Counted from the first letter of the stretch, positions 1-10,207 are shown. The stretch is 34,934 bases of DNA from Myxococcota bacterium (GCA_041687695.1 JAWLBL010000012.1:200991-235924); one strand, 5' to 3'. The notes: generated by a model not told the origin, from the letters alone. Program-made: numbers and translations.

Positions 1-1
1 C

Positions 2-1888
2 GGCGTGCTCAACGGCGACGAGAGCGACGTCGACTGCGGCGGCGGCTGCCCCGCCTGCGACGACGGCGGGGCGTGCGAGGTCGCGGCCGACTGCGCCAGC
101 GGCGTCTGCGTCGACGGCGTGTGCCAGGCGCCGACCTGCGACGACGGCGTGGTCAACGGCGGCGAGACCGACGTGGACTGCGGCGGCGGCGCCTGCGAGC
201 CGTGCGAGGACGGCGAGGGCTGCGAGGTCGCCGAGGATTGCCTGAGCGACGTGTGCGGCGACGGGACCTGCGTGCCGGCGGAGTGCTCGGACGGCGTGAA
301 GAACGGCGACGAGACCGATGTCGACTGCGGCGGGGCCTGCGAGGCCTGCGAGGACGGCGAGGGCTGCGTCGACGCGGCCGACTGCGTCAGCGGCGTCTGC
401 GTCGACGGCGTGTGCCAGGCCGCGACCTGCGACGACGGCGTGAAGAACGGCGCCGAGACGGACGTGGACTGCGGCAACGGCTGCCCGGCCTGCGACGACG
501 GCGAAGGCTGCGACGACGCGGCCGACTGCGTCAGCGGCGTGTGCGACGGCGAGGTCTGCGCGGCGCCGCTGTGCGGCGACGGCGTGGTCAACGGCGACGA
601 GGGCTGCGACGACGGTAACGACGTCGACGGCGACGGCTGCGCGGCCGACTGCCAGGTCGAGGACGGCTGGGACTGCGAGTCCGGGGACTGCGAGACGACG
701 TGCGGCGACGGCATCGTCGCGGGCGACGAGGCCTGCGACGACGGCGCGGTCAACGGAGAGGGCCTGGCGTCCGAGCCGGTGGACGGCGACGGGTGCTCGG
801 CGGTCTGCACGGTCGAGGACGGGTGGGAGTGCCTGCCCGACGAGGTGACCGGGGCCAGCGTCTGCGGGCCGATCTGCGGCGACGGCGTGCGGATCGAGGG
901 CGTCGAGGGCTGCGACGACGGCGACGCCGAGGGCGGCGACGGCTGCTCCGAGGTGTGCGAGGTCGAGGCGGGCTGGACGTGCGAGGCGAACGACGTGGGC
1001 GTCGACGTCTGCGCGGCCACCTGCGGCGACGGCGCGCTGGCGCTGGGCGCCGAGGCCTGCGACGACGGCAACGACGTCGACGGCGACGGCTGCGCGGCCG
1101 ACTGCCAGGTCGAGCAGGGTTGGTCCTGCACCGACGTGGCCGGCGAGACCAGCCTTTGCGACCCCGGGTGCGGCAACGGCCAGCTCGACGCGGCCGAGGG
1201 CTGCGACGACGGCAACTTCGACGAGGGCGACGGCTGCTCGGCGGCGTGCGCGGTCGAGGCGGGCTGGGTCTGCGAGGGCGAGCCCTCGGTCTGCCTGCCC
1301 GACGCCGACGACGACGGCGTGCCCGACGACGTCGACAACTGCCCCGACGTGGCCAACGCCGACCAGGCCGACGCCGACGCCGACGGCGTCGGTGACGCCT
1401 GCGAGCCCGACGCCGACGACGACGGCGTGCCCGACGACGTCGACAACTGCCCCGACGTGGCCAACGCCGACCAGGCCGACGCCGACGCCGACGGCGTCGG
1501 CGACGCCTGCGAGGCTGACGGCGACGGCGACGGCGTGCCCGACGACGTCGACAACTGCCCGAGCGTCCCGAACGCCGATCAGGCAGACGCCGACGCCGAC
1601 GGCACGGGCGACGCGTGCGAGGACAAGGCGTCCGACGCGGATGGCGACGGTGTGGACGACCCGCTCGACAACTGCCCGGACGTCGCCAACCCCGACCAGC
1701 TGGACACCGACGGCGACGGCACGGGCGACGCCTGTGACCTGGACCCGGTGGACCCGACGGTCGACGTGCACGTCGCCGGCGGCGGCGGCTTCGGCTGCGC
1801 GGCCAGCGGCGGCAACGGCGCCCTGGCGGCCCTGCTGGCGGCGCTGCTGATGCTGGGTTACCTCGTACGTCGGCGCTACGCGCGCTGA
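2..1888 (+). CDS. 5'-truncated Cys-rich cell-surface protein: NGxETDVDCGG repeats, Myxococcus Cys-rich (CGDG...CDDGN) repeats, thrombospondin type-3 repeats, C-terminal MYXO-CTERM signal
   Basis: The frame is open from the window edge. It has repeated ETDVDCGG and CGDG..ExCDDGN..GDGC motifs and four DxDGVxDxxDNCPxVxNxDQxDxDxDGxGDAC units. It ends GGGGFGC, hydrophobic helix, RRR. Confidence 0.92.
   Translation, partial: GVLNGDESDVDCGGGCPACDDGGACEVAADCASGVCVDGVCQAPTCDDGVVNGGETDVDCGGGACEPCEDGEGCEVAEDCLSDVCGDGTCVPAECSDGVKNGDETDVDCGGACEACEDGEGCVDAADCVSGVCVDGVCQAATCDDGVKNGAETDVDCGNGCPACDDGEGCDDAADCVSGVCDGEVCAAPLCGDGVVNGDEGCDDGNDVDGDGCAADCQVEDGWDCESGDCETTCGDGIVAGDEACDDGAVNGEGLASEPVDGDGCSAVCTVEDGWECLPDEVTGASVCGPICGDGVRIEGVEGCDDGDAEGGDGCSEVCEVEAGWTCEANDVGVDVCAATCGDGALALGAEACDDGNDVDGDGCAADCQVEQGWSCTDVAGETSLCDPGCGNGQLDAAEGCDDGNFDEGDGCSAACAVEAGWVCEGEPSVCLPDADDDGVPDDVDNCPDVANADQADADADGVGDACEPDADDDGVPDDVDNCPDVANADQADADADGVGDACEADGDGDGVPDDVDNCPSVPNADQADADADGTGDACEDKASDADGDGVDDPLDNCPDVANPDQLDTDGDGTGDACDLDPVDPTVDVHVAGGGGFGCAASGGNGALAALLAALLMLGYLVRRRYAR
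1298..1513 (+). repeat. Near-identical 108-bp tandem duplication (two TSP3 units)
   Basis: 1298-1405 and 1406-1513 differ by one synonymous change (GGT/GGC). Confidence 0.85.
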
Positions 1889-1905
1889 CCCGAACGGGCT
1901 GACGT

Positions 1906-1965
1906 CCGCGGGGCCGGCGCGCCCCCCTCCCCCACCGGGGACGGGGCGGCGCGCCGGCCCCGCGG
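1906..1965. terminator. Long hairpin between convergent genes, probable bidirectional terminator or stabiliser
   Basis: Perfect 18-bp arms CCGCGGGGCCGGCGCGCC (1906-1923) and GGCGCGCCGGCCCCGCGG (1948-1965), with further pairing in the loop. Only a weak T tail. Confidence 0.6.
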
Positions 1966-1982
1966 CGTTTCGAAGGCCCGCG

Positions 1983-3890
1983 TCAGTCCCGGCGTCGCCA
2001 CAGGTGCACGGCGTTCTCCTGCCCGCCGGTGCCCATGGCGACGAAGCGGCCGTCCGAGGACACCGCCACCGCCAGGCCGTAGCCGTTCACGCCGGGCAGC
2101 ACGGCGCGCTGGGCCAGGGTCTTCGCGTCGCGCAGGGTCACCCGGGCGTCCAGCGACGAAACGGCCACGAGGTCGCGGCCAGGCCCGGCGACGACGGCGT
2201 GCCCCTGGACGCCCTTGGCGGCCTTCAGGGGCTTGCCCGAGGCGGCGTCCCACAGGCGCACGGCCTCCTCGCCGAAGAAGGCCTCGGTCGTGACGACCCG
2301 TCGCCCGTCCGCCGTGAAGGCGACCCCCGTGAACGCGACCTTGCCCGGCGGGGGCGTCAGGCTGGCCGGGCCCTGTCCCGACGGCAGGTCCCACAGGCGC
2401 AAGGTGCCGTCCTCGGAGACGGTGGCGAGGCGCCGCCCGTCGGGGCTGACCGCCACCCCGGTGACGGCGTCCGCGTGGCCCTCGAAGGCGCGCAGCACCT
2501 CGCCGGAGTCGGCCGCGACCCGCAGCACCCGCCCGTCGGACGCGCCCACGAACAGCGAGTGCCCGTCCGGGGCGAAGGTCATGGCCGCCAGCGGCCGGCC
2601 TCCGACCTCCCAGCCCCCGATCCTGGCGCGCGAGCCCGGGTCCCACAGCTGCACGCCGGCCGCGACGGCGACCGCGAGGCGCTGGCCGTCGGGGCGGAAG
2701 GCGAGCGCCCGCGGGGGACCGCCGACCGGCACGGCCGCGGCCAGGCGCGTCGCCTTGGCGGCGTCCCAGAAGTCCAGGGTCCCCGCGCTGGCGGCGCTGA
2801 CGAGGAGCGTACTGCCTGGCTGGAAGGCGACGGCGTCGACCACGCCGCCGGGGCCGGCGACGCGCCACAGGGGCTTGCCTTGGCTCAGCGAGACCGCGGC
2901 GACGCCGCCCGAGATGTCGCCCCACAGCGCGCGATCGCGCGCGGGATCGAGGTGGACGCGCCCGGTGGCCGAGCCCAGCCGGAAGGGGACGTCGCGGACC
3001 GAGGGCGGCGCGTCGGCGGCCAGCGGCCAGGACACGAGGCGATCGTGCAGGACGGCCAAGAGGCGCGCGCCGTCGGGAGAGAAGGCGAGGGACGTGATGT
3101 AGGTCTGGTCGTTCGGGGCTCGGGGGCCGGCCTCGAGCTCGCGGTGGATGAGGCGCTTGGCGACGTCCCAGACGACCACGCGGCCGCCCCACTGGCCCGC
3201 GGCGAGCCAGCGCCCGTCGGGGCTGAAGGCCAGCCCGTCGGGGACGGTGATGTACTTGGAGCGGTGGGCCGGGCCGGCGGCCGTGTCCAGGCTCATGGGC
3301 TTCGCCGCGGCGCCGGTCGCGACGTCCCACAGGCCCACGGCGCCGAACTCGCTGCCGTGGGCGACGGCGATGTGGCGGCCGTCGGGCGCGAAGGCCACGG
3401 CGCCGACGACCTCGCCCAGGGCGATGCGTCGGGGGCGGCCACTGCCGCTGGTCGGGTGGAGCGTGACGTCGCCGCCGGCGGCGACGGCCACGAGGTCGCC
3501 GCGATCCGCCCAGGCGAGCGCGGTGACCTTGCTCTTGGGGATCGGGAGGGTGCGGATCACGCGCCCGGTCGAGGCGTCGCGCAAGGTCACGGGGCCGGCC
3601 TCGCCGTCGACGAGGACCAGGCGCGCGCCGTCGGGGGAGAGGGCCAGGCGGCGGGACCAGGTGCCGCGGGTCAGGGGGTGGGTGGCCAGCGGGCGGCCGG
3701 TCGCCGGGTCCCACAGGCGGAGGCTGCCGTCGGGCGAGACCGTCGCGAGGCGCGTGCCGTCCGCCGAGGCCGCGACGTCGTCGACGGTGGCGACGTGGAA
3801 GCCGAGGTCGACCGCGGACCAGCCGGGAGAGATCGGGGGTGGCGGCGCGGCGAGGGCCAGCGCGGTGGTCAGCGTGAGCCAGAGGGTCAT
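1983..3890 (-). CDS. Secreted WD40-repeat beta-propeller protein
   Basis: GGAGG upstream of the ATG, signal peptide MTLWLTLTTALALAA, and many (F)SPDG...LATxSxDGxLRLWD repeats. Confidence 0.9.
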   Translation of the reverse strand: MTLWLTLTTALALAAPPPPISPGWSAVDLGFHVATVDDVAASADGTRLATVSPDGSLRLWDPATGRPLATHPLTRGTWSRRLALSPDGARLVLVDGEAGPVTLRDASTGRVIRTLPIPKSKVTALAWADRGDLVAVAAGGDVTLHPTSGSGRPRRIALGEVVGAVAFAPDGRHIAVAHGSEFGAVGLWDVATGAAAKPMSLDTAAGPAHRSKYITVPDGLAFSPDGRWLAAGQWGGRVVVWDVAKRLIHRELEAGPRAPNDQTYITSLAFSPDGARLLAVLHDRLVSWPLAADAPPSVRDVPFRLGSATGRVHLDPARDRALWGDISGGVAAVSLSQGKPLWRVAGPGGVVDAVAFQPGSTLLVSAASAGTLDFWDAAKATRLAAAVPVGGPPRALAFRPDGQRLAVAVAAGVQLWDPGSRARIGGWEVGGRPLAAMTFAPDGHSLFVGASDGRVLRVAADSGEVLRAFEGHADAVTGVAVSPDGRRLATVSEDGTLRLWDLPSGQGPASLTPPPGKVAFTGVAFTADGRRVVTTEAFFGEEAVRLWDAASGKPLKAAKGVQGHAVVAGPGRDLVAVSSLDARVTLRDAKTLAQRAVLPGVNGYGLAVAVSSDGRFVAMGTGGQENAVHLWRRRD

Positions 3891-3929
3891 GGAGCCTCCG
3901 TCGAGGGTGGGAGGCCGGACCGTAGCCGC

Positions 3930-4481
3930 TCAGAAGACGAAGGAGAAGGTGAGCTCCGGGAACAAGGAGGTGCAGTCGTCGCCGTCGCAGTGGTTCAGCA
4001 GGGTCTGCCAGCCCAGGCCGAGGCCGAAGAAGGCGCCGCCGGACAGCACGAACAGGCCGGCGCGGGCGCCGAGGGCGTCGAGGTCGGGCAGGCCGTCGCC
4101 GACGAAGAAGTGGCGGTAGAAGGCGCCGACGTAGGGCAGGACGGGGGTCTTGGTGTCGAAGGCGTAGCGGACCTGGGGGCTGACGTGGGCGAGGAAGGGG
4201 CCGTCCGAGAACAACAGGCTGGTGTCGGCGCCGACCTCGAGGCCATCGATGACGAAGTAGCCGACGCCGAGGGCGGCGCCGAAGGCGCTGTGCCCGGTGA
4301 AGGTGGTCGAGCCGCCGGCGCCGAGGGCGAAGCGGACGCGGCCGGCGGAGAGCGGGTGCGGGCGCGACTTCTGGACGGTCGGCTCGGCGGTCGGCTGGCC
4401 GGTCGGGGCGGGCTGGGCCGACGCGGGCGGAGGAGCGAGGGGGACCGCGAGGGCGGCGGCGAGGGCGAGGCGGGCGAGCAT
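3930..4481 (-). CDS. Small outer-membrane beta-barrel protein
   Basis: Start moved to ATG 4481 (GGAG upstream). Signal peptide, amphipathic strands (GVGYFV, PYVGAFY), C-terminal FSFVF. Confidence 0.75.
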   Translation of the reverse strand: MLARLALAAALAVPLAPPPASAQPAPTGQPTAEPTVQKSRPHPLSAGRVRFALGAGGSTTFTGHSAFGAALGVGYFVIDGLEVGADTSLLFSDGPFLAHVSPQVRYAFDTKTPVLPYVGAFYRHFFVGDGLPDLDALGARAGLFVLSGGAFFGLGLGWQTLLNHCDGDDCTSLFPELTFSFVF

Positions 4482-4642
4482 GGGTGGGGGCTCCGGGGGA
4501 GGGGCGGCGGGGGCGGGCCGGTCCAGGGTGGCCCACGGACCGCGCGGTCGCAACGCACGGGCCGCTGGCGCGTGGGAGGCAGGCTTTCCCAAGCCGAGAC
4601 AATCACTATGGTTTCGGAAAGTTCGCGGACCTGGAGACCGTC

Positions 4643-4915
4643 ATGGCCATCCTCATCATGCTGCTCATCGGGCTCGCCGTGGGCCTGGGCGCACAGTGGT
4701 TCATCCCGCGTCGCTACCGGGCGAGCCTCGTCATCACGGTGCTGGTCGCCATCGCCGGCGCGCTCGCCTTCGGCCTGGTGGGGCTTCCGCTCGGCCTGTA
4801 TCCGCGCTACATGACGGTGCGCGGCCTCACCATGACGGTCGTGGGCGCCATCTTCACGATGCTGGTGTACGGCGCGGTGCTCGCCGGCAGCGCGGGGAGG
4901 CGCCGACGGATCTAG
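4643..4915 (+). CDS. GlsB/YeaQ/YmgE (transglycosylase-associated)-like small membrane protein
   Basis: GGAG RBS then ATG 4643. 90 aa with three hydrophobic helices, LLIGLAVGLGAQWFIP...IAGA...VVGA pattern. Confidence 0.7.
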   Translation: MAILIMLLIGLAVGLGAQWFIPRRYRASLVITVLVAIAGALAFGLVGLPLGLYPRYMTVRGLTMTVVGAIFTMLVYGAVLAGSAGRRRRI

Positions 4916-4924
4916 GAGTCACCG

Positions 4925-5191
4925 ATGAGCCAGGCCAGCCTCGACGAGCGCTTCCAGGAGGCCCAGCGGCGGGTGCAGACCCTGTCGAAGCGCCCGGACA
5001 ACGCGACGCTGCTGGAGCTGTACGCCCTGTTCAAGCAAGGGACGGCGGGTGACGTGCAGGGCGAGCGCCCGGGGATGATGGATTTCAAGGGGCGCGCCAA
5101 GTACGACGCCTGGGCCCAGCGCAAGGGGACGACGCCCGAGGCGGCCAAGCAGGCGTACGTGGCCCTGGTGGAGCGTCTGGCGGGGACCTGA
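4925..5191 (+). CDS. Acyl-CoA-binding protein (ACBP)
   Basis: LLELYALFKQGTAGD, RPGMMDFKGRAKYDAW and AKQAYV are ACBP signatures. AGGAG RBS. Confidence 0.95.
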   Translation: MSQASLDERFQEAQRRVQTLSKRPDNATLLELYALFKQGTAGDVQGERPGMMDFKGRAKYDAWAQRKGTTPEAAKQAYVALVERLAGT

Positions 5192-5207
5192 AGGGGCCGC
5201 GCATCTC

Positions 5208-5216
5208 TGGTATCAT
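5208..5216 (+). promoter_or_regulatory. Candidate extended -10 promoter element
   Basis: TGGTATCAT (TGn-TATCAT) about 30 nt before the 5246 start, in otherwise GC-rich DNA. Confidence 0.45.
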
Positions 5217-5245
5217 CCTACGCGTCCTGAACCGGGGAGGCGGGG

Positions 5246-6655
5246 ATGATGCGGCGCGCGCTGGGGTCGCTGGGTCTGTGGACGATGCTGGGCGTTGTGG
5301 CGCTGTGTGGTCTGGGCGCTTGCTCGGACGGCGCGGCAGGCGCGGCCGGGGACGGGGCCGAGGTGCAGGCCGAGCACGACGCCACGGCGACGGACGCCGC
5401 GAAGGGCGACGGCGAGGAGGGCGACGGCGACCCGTGGGCGCCGGACGTCGCGGACGTCCCCGACGCGATCTGGGCGCCGGACGACGCCGTCGAGCCCCTG
5501 CCCGACGCCGGTGACGACGCCGACGACGTGAGCGGGGACGCCGCGGACGACGTCGCGCTCGAGGTGACCGTGCCCGACGCCGCCGCCGACGACGCCCCAG
5601 AGACGGACGATGTCGCGGACGACGCCTCGGGGGACGTCCCCGACGACGTGCCGGCGCCGCCGACCGGCATCGGCCCGACTTGCTTCGCCGAGATCTGGGA
5701 TCCGGCGACGGGCGCCGTCGGCCCGGACTACGACCAGTTCCCGGTGACCGCCGCCGAGCACTGCTGGGGCACCAACCACCAGGACATCCAGAGCGTCGAT
5801 CACGTGGTCTTCCTGGGCGACTCGGTCACCGTCGGCACGCCCAACCTGCAGCACGTCCTGCCGACCGACAACAACCACTTCTGGCGCAACGAGCTGGCGA
5901 CGTTCCTGCGCGACCACTTCGGGCTCGAGGACGGCGGGTTCATCGACTTCGGCCTGTGGAAGACCTGGGACGCCCTGAGCAACAAGGCCGGCAAGCTCGA
6001 GGCCGGCGACTTCAAGAGCTGCGCCAAGTGGGGGGCGCGCACCGACGATCTCCTGGCCGGCGGCGGGCAGATCCACGAGTGCTTCCCCACCGGCGGCTCG
6101 CCGCAGCGGACGCTCGTCGTCTTCACCATGGGCGGCAACGACATCTCGAAGATCACCCAGATCGGCGGCGAGGCCAGCCCCGAGGAGGTCGCCGCCGGCT
6201 ACCCGGCCGCCTGGGCCCTGGCGGACAGCACGGTCGCCTACCTGCGCGAGGCCCTGTTCTGGCTCAAGGACCCGGCCCGCTTCCCCAAGGGCTCCTTCGT
6301 CATCTTCGCCAACCCCTTCGAGTTCACCGACGGCACCGGCGACGTCGACGCCTGCCCGGCCGCCGGCCTCGCCGGTTACAAGGACTGGGCCCAGCCCGAG
6401 GTGCTCGAGGCCATCGTGGTCCACGTCCTCGAGGGCTTCATGCAGGCCGCCGTCGACACGGGCACCGACATGGTCTGGATGCTCGAGCACTTCTGCGGCC
6501 ACGGCTTCGTCGCGACCGGCCCCGACGCCGACCCGAACAACCGCTGCTACCGTGGGCCGGACGCCGCGCTGTACTTCGACGACACCTGCATCCACCCGAG
6601 CGACGCCGGCCACCACGCCATCTTCGAGATGTTCCGCGACACCGTACTCGAGTAG
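5246..6655 (+). CDS. SGNH/GDSL hydrolase lipoprotein with acidic N-terminal linker
   Basis: Lipobox LGAC, Asp-rich linker, block I FLGDS, block III GGND, block V DTCIHPSDAGH. Confidence 0.85.
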   Translation: MMRRALGSLGLWTMLGVVALCGLGACSDGAAGAAGDGAEVQAEHDATATDAAKGDGEEGDGDPWAPDVADVPDAIWAPDDAVEPLPDAGDDADDVSGDAADDVALEVTVPDAAADDAPETDDVADDASGDVPDDVPAPPTGIGPTCFAEIWDPATGAVGPDYDQFPVTAAEHCWGTNHQDIQSVDHVVFLGDSVTVGTPNLQHVLPTDNNHFWRNELATFLRDHFGLEDGGFIDFGLWKTWDALSNKAGKLEAGDFKSCAKWGARTDDLLAGGGQIHECFPTGGSPQRTLVVFTMGGNDISKITQIGGEASPEEVAAGYPAAWALADSTVAYLREALFWLKDPARFPKGSFVIFANPFEFTDGTGDVDACPAAGLAGYKDWAQPEVLEAIVVHVLEGFMQAAVDTGTDMVWMLEHFCGHGFVATGPDADPNNRCYRGPDAALYFDDTCIHPSDAGHHAIFEMFRDTVLE

Positions 6656-6680
6656 GCCCTCGGCCTCCGCCCCTCCGCCG

Positions 6681-7151
6681 TCAGGCGCTGCTGCCGGCGC
6701 GGCCCTCGATGTGCGCCTTGAGCGCCACGTGGTCCTTGGCGATGGCCTTCTTCATCGGGCCCATGAAGAGCTTGCCGAACAGCTCGCCGATGCGGCTCAG
6801 GCCGCTCAGCTCGCCGTCCACCGTCATCCGCGTGCCGCCGCCCTCGGGGGCCAGCGTGTAGGCGAAGCGGAAGGCGCCCTTGCCCATGGTGCCCTTGGTG
6901 CCGTCGACGAACAGCTCGACGCGCCGGCCCGGCTCGAACGCGACCACCTCGAAGTGCTCGGTCGAGTCGCGGCCGAACATCTTGCGCGTCTCGCGGAACT
7001 GGGTGCCGACCCCGAAGGGGCCCTCGGTCAGCCGCTCGACGCGCACGAAGTTGGGCATCCAGGCCCCGTAGTCGCCGATGGCCGCGATGGCCGCGGTGAC
7101 CGCCTCGGGAGGCGCCGCGATGTGCTCGATCTGCTGGAATCGAATCGCCAT
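6681..7151 (-). CDS. SRPBCC (polyketide cyclase/START-like) family protein
   Basis: Start at ATG 7151 with GGAG. IAAPPEAV, WMP, GVGTQFRETR, FEPGR and GGTR motifs, then a C-terminal helix. Confidence 0.88.
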   Translation of the reverse strand: MAIRFQQIEHIAAPPEAVTAAIAAIGDYGAWMPNFVRVERLTEGPFGVGTQFRETRKMFGRDSTEHFEVVAFEPGRRVELFVDGTKGTMGKGAFRFAYTLAPEGGGTRMTVDGELSGLSRIGELFGKLFMGPMKKAIAKDHVALKAHIEGRAGSSA

Positions 7152-7177
7152 GGGGCTGCTCCCTGCGATGGACCGGG

Positions 7178-10100
7178 TCAGTCGCCGGTCGTCCCGGTCG
7201 CCCCGACGGGCTGACGCCAGGCCTTCATCAGGTCGCGGTCGGCCACGCAGGCCGCGCTGGCCCAGCACGGGTCCTGCGGCACCGCGCGCGCCAGCGAGTG
7301 GAAGTACGCGGTGATGAGGTTCTGGTGGTACTCGGTGTAAGTGCCCTCATAGGTCTTGCCGTCCACCTCGAACTCGCCGAAGGCGTCGGAGCCCTTGGCC
7401 GAGGCGATGTACTCGTGGTGGCCGCGCACGTCGGCGATGCACAGCCCGGAGCGCGCCGGCTGCCCCGCGACGGTCGCGACGACCTTGCACATCCCGGGCC
7501 CGCCCTCGGGCCGGCCGGGATCGAGCGTCGGCGGCGCCACCTGCGGGTTGGTCAGGCCGCCCAGGGCGATGATCTCCTCGGTGTAGGGGCGCCAGGGGGC
7601 CTCGGGGCCCTCGTCGTCGCCCGGTCCGAACAGCCCCATGGCGCGCGCGAGCGCCATGCCGGCCGCGAAGTTCACCGTCTGGTCGCCCGCCGCGAGCGTC
7701 AGCAGCGTGTTGGTCGCCGGGTAGCCGGGCAGCGGCGCGCGCAGGACGCGGTCGGCGACCGTGATGGCGTCGGCGCCCTCGAGCACGTTGGCCACGCGCT
7801 GCACGGCCCGCCGGAACTCGGGCGTGTTGCGGGTCTTGGCCAGGCCCTGGTAGGGCGAGACCAGGTCGGCCTGCGCCGCGACGCGCCCGTCGGGCGCCAG
7901 CACCTCGACCATCACCTCGTCGGCGAAGTCGGCCGGGATGGGCAGCGCCAGCCGGCCGGCGCCGTCCGCGGTGCCCTCGCGCACCTCGCCGCTGCCCAGG
8001 TTGGTCGCCCGCACCCGCGCCCCCGGGGGCAGCGTCACGGTCGCCTGCACGATGGAGCGCTGCTCGGGCAGGGACAGGCACTGGCCGTCCTCGCCGACCC
8101 AGGTGGTCACCTCGGACTTCTTGCACTCGTCCGAGTCGTCGTTCCACGACAGGTGCGCCGTGCCGTCGGCCTGCGGGCAGGCCACGATCACCGGCCCGAG
8201 CGCCTGGTGCATGATGGGCGTGACGACGCCGTGCAGCTTGGTGCGGATGAAGATGTCGGCCAGCCCCGCGCCCGCCACGATGGGCGCGGCGGCCTGGATG
8301 TGCGGCTCGAGCGGCGCCGTGAGCGACGTGTGGATGCCGCCCAGCGACACGCCCATCATGAACATCGGCACGTCGGGGCCGCCCACGTCCAGCACGCCGT
8401 CGGCGTTGAAGTCGCCGGCCAGCAGGTTGGGGCGCAGCTGATCGGCCGTGGCCTTGCGCACGTCGGCGATGGCGGGCGGCACCGCGTCGGGGCGCAGCGA
8501 GCGCAGCATGCGGACGCCGACCATGTAGTCGAGCGTGGTCTGGCGCATGGCGTCGCGCATCTGGAAGGCGTCGGGCGTGTAGTAGGCCTCGCCGCCCTCG
8601 CGGTAGCAGTCGCCGTCGAAGTCGATGGCGCGCCCCTTGACGGTCAGCTGCTGCATGAACCCGTTGGCGTTGAGGACGTCGATGGCCTCGTCGAGGGTCA
8701 TGTCGGGGGAAAAGCGCGTGTCGTGGTCGGGGTAGACCAGCGGGCCGAGCAGCCCCGTCACGAGGGCGGTGACCAGGCTGGTCTCGCCGCCCGAGTAGTC
8801 GAGCAGGAGCTTCTTGACGTCGGTCAGCACGGGGCCGTGACCGACCGCGTCGATGCTGAACAGGGCGATGCCCGCGGCGGCCATCTTGTCGGCCAGCAGC
8901 AGCCCCTCGATGCGGCTGGTGGCGGTCGCGTGGGCGTGGATGACGACCGGGAAGGGCGGCTTGTGGTGCTCGGTCGTCTTGGGGACGGTCAGCAGGAAGG
9001 GCACGCGCTCGGCGCCGACGGTCGCCCGGCCGGTCTTCAGGTCCAGATCCCAGACCTTGTCGGGGGTGGCGCGGAAGTCGGGGGTGTCCATCTCGCCGAA
9101 GACGGCGTAGTCGACGTGGTCGAAGGAGGCCGTGAAGCCGCCCTCGAGCGAGCCGATGAGGTTCATCACCGACCCGATGTAGGGCCCCTGCAGGATGAAG
9201 CGGTGGTCCCGCGCGACGAAGGGGTACTGGTAGCTGGGATCCGGATGGCTGGCGTCGCCGTCGTGCTCGACCGACAGGTCGTAGACCTCGGCGATGCCTG
9301 GCGGGAACTGCTCGGCCAGCCAGGCGAACTTGCCCTCGCCGTACAGCCCGTCGCGCAGGGCGCGGAAGGTGGCCGCGAGATCGCCGGTCTTCAGGGTCCA
9401 GGCGAAGGCGATGTCCTCGACCTCGACGCCGGCCTCGGCCAGGGCGGGCAGCGCGCGGCGGAGATCCTCGGTCTGCGCCTCGTGGTTGACGAACGGGAAG
9501 GGGCTGCGGATGGAGCCCTTGCCGCCGTCCGCGTTCCAGCCCTGGATCCCGCGCGTCAGCACGACCGCGTAGCGGGCGCCCGCCTCCATCGGCAGCAGCG
9601 GCCGGATGTCCAGCGTGTGGGTGGCGACCTCGTAGTGGTAGACCCACTGGTCCGGCCAGCCGTCCTCGTCGCTGTCGACCTGGTTGCCCGGCGGCAGGAC
9701 GAAGCTGTCGAAGCCGGCCAGCGGGTCGTTGGGCAGGTAGGCGTGCGGGACCGCCTGGTGCGGGAACCAGCCGCGGCCCAGATCCAGGGCCAGGCGCTCG
9801 CCGAAGCGCGGCGAGCCCGGCTCGACGTTGACGACGAAGACGGTCTCGTCGTTGACCGTCGACAGGTCCAGCGGGCCGTCGAAGGCGACCGAGATGGGCG
9901 TCATGCCGGAGAACGACGGGACCTCGCCCAGGTGGCGGCGGAACCAGCGCTCGTACTCGGTGGCCCCGTCGAGCGAGACGTTGAGCGTCGTCGCCCCGTC
10001 CTCGCCGATGCGGGTCGCCAGATCGTTGGGGAAGGGGATCTCGGGGTCGGGCTTGCGGGTCGGGTCGAAGACCACCGAGGGGCCGACCGGCTGGCCGGGC

Positions 10101-10207
10101 ACGAGCGCCGGGTGCAGCCCGCGCGGGCCGTCCGGCTCGCAGCCGGCGAGGGTGGTCAGGGCCAGGGCCGAGGCCGCAAGGGCCGTCATCGCGAAGGTTC
10201 GTCGCAT
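7178..10207 (-). CDS. Large lipoprotein alpha/beta hydrolase (Pla-1/cef-like lipase architecture with N-terminal Ig-like region)
   Basis: Lipobox LAGC, PFPND, FPVVIHAH, IDAVGHG, nucleophile elbow GVSLGG, late GD and GHH motifs. The start overlaps the upstream stop (TGATG; GTG 10210 is an alternative). Confidence 0.8.
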   Translation of the reverse strand: MRRTFAMTALAASALALTTLAGCEPDGPRGLHPALVPGQPVGPSVVFDPTRKPDPEIPFPNDLATRIGEDGATTLNVSLDGATEYERWFRRHLGEVPSFSGMTPISVAFDGPLDLSTVNDETVFVVNVEPGSPRFGERLALDLGRGWFPHQAVPHAYLPNDPLAGFDSFVLPPGNQVDSDEDGWPDQWVYHYEVATHTLDIRPLLPMEAGARYAVVLTRGIQGWNADGGKGSIRSPFPFVNHEAQTEDLRRALPALAEAGVEVEDIAFAWTLKTGDLAATFRALRDGLYGEGKFAWLAEQFPPGIAEVYDLSVEHDGDASHPDPSYQYPFVARDHRFILQGPYIGSVMNLIGSLEGGFTASFDHVDYAVFGEMDTPDFRATPDKVWDLDLKTGRATVGAERVPFLLTVPKTTEHHKPPFPVVIHAHATATSRIEGLLLADKMAAAGIALFSIDAVGHGPVLTDVKKLLLDYSGGETSLVTALVTGLLGPLVYPDHDTRFSPDMTLDEAIDVLNANGFMQQLTVKGRAIDFDGDCYREGGEAYYTPDAFQMRDAMRQTTLDYMVGVRMLRSLRPDAVPPAIADVRKATADQLRPNLLAGDFNADGVLDVGGPDVPMFMMGVSLGGIHTSLTAPLEPHIQAAAPIVAGAGLADIFIRTKLHGVVTPIMHQALGPVIVACPQADGTAHLSWNDDSDECKKSEVTTWVGEDGQCLSLPEQRSIVQATVTLPPGARVRATNLGSGEVREGTADGAGRLALPIPADFADEVMVEVLAPDGRVAAQADLVSPYQGLAKTRNTPEFRRAVQRVANVLEGADAITVADRVLRAPLPGYPATNTLLTLAAGDQTVNFAAGMALARAMGLFGPGDDEGPEAPWRPYTEEIIALGGLTNPQVAPPTLDPGRPEGGPGMCKVVATVAGQPARSGLCIADVRGHHEYIASAKGSDAFGEFEVDGKTYEGTYTEYHQNLITAYFHSLARAVPQDPCWASAACVADRDLMKAWRQPVGATGTTGD

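Noticed and set aside
1876..4814. Long Arg/Gly/Pro-rich ORFs (908 aa, 936 aa) and similar ones throughout the window, e.g. 7298-10453 and 14824-16983
   Set aside because: They are shadow frames of real genes in stop-poor high-GC DNA and have no recognisable motifs.
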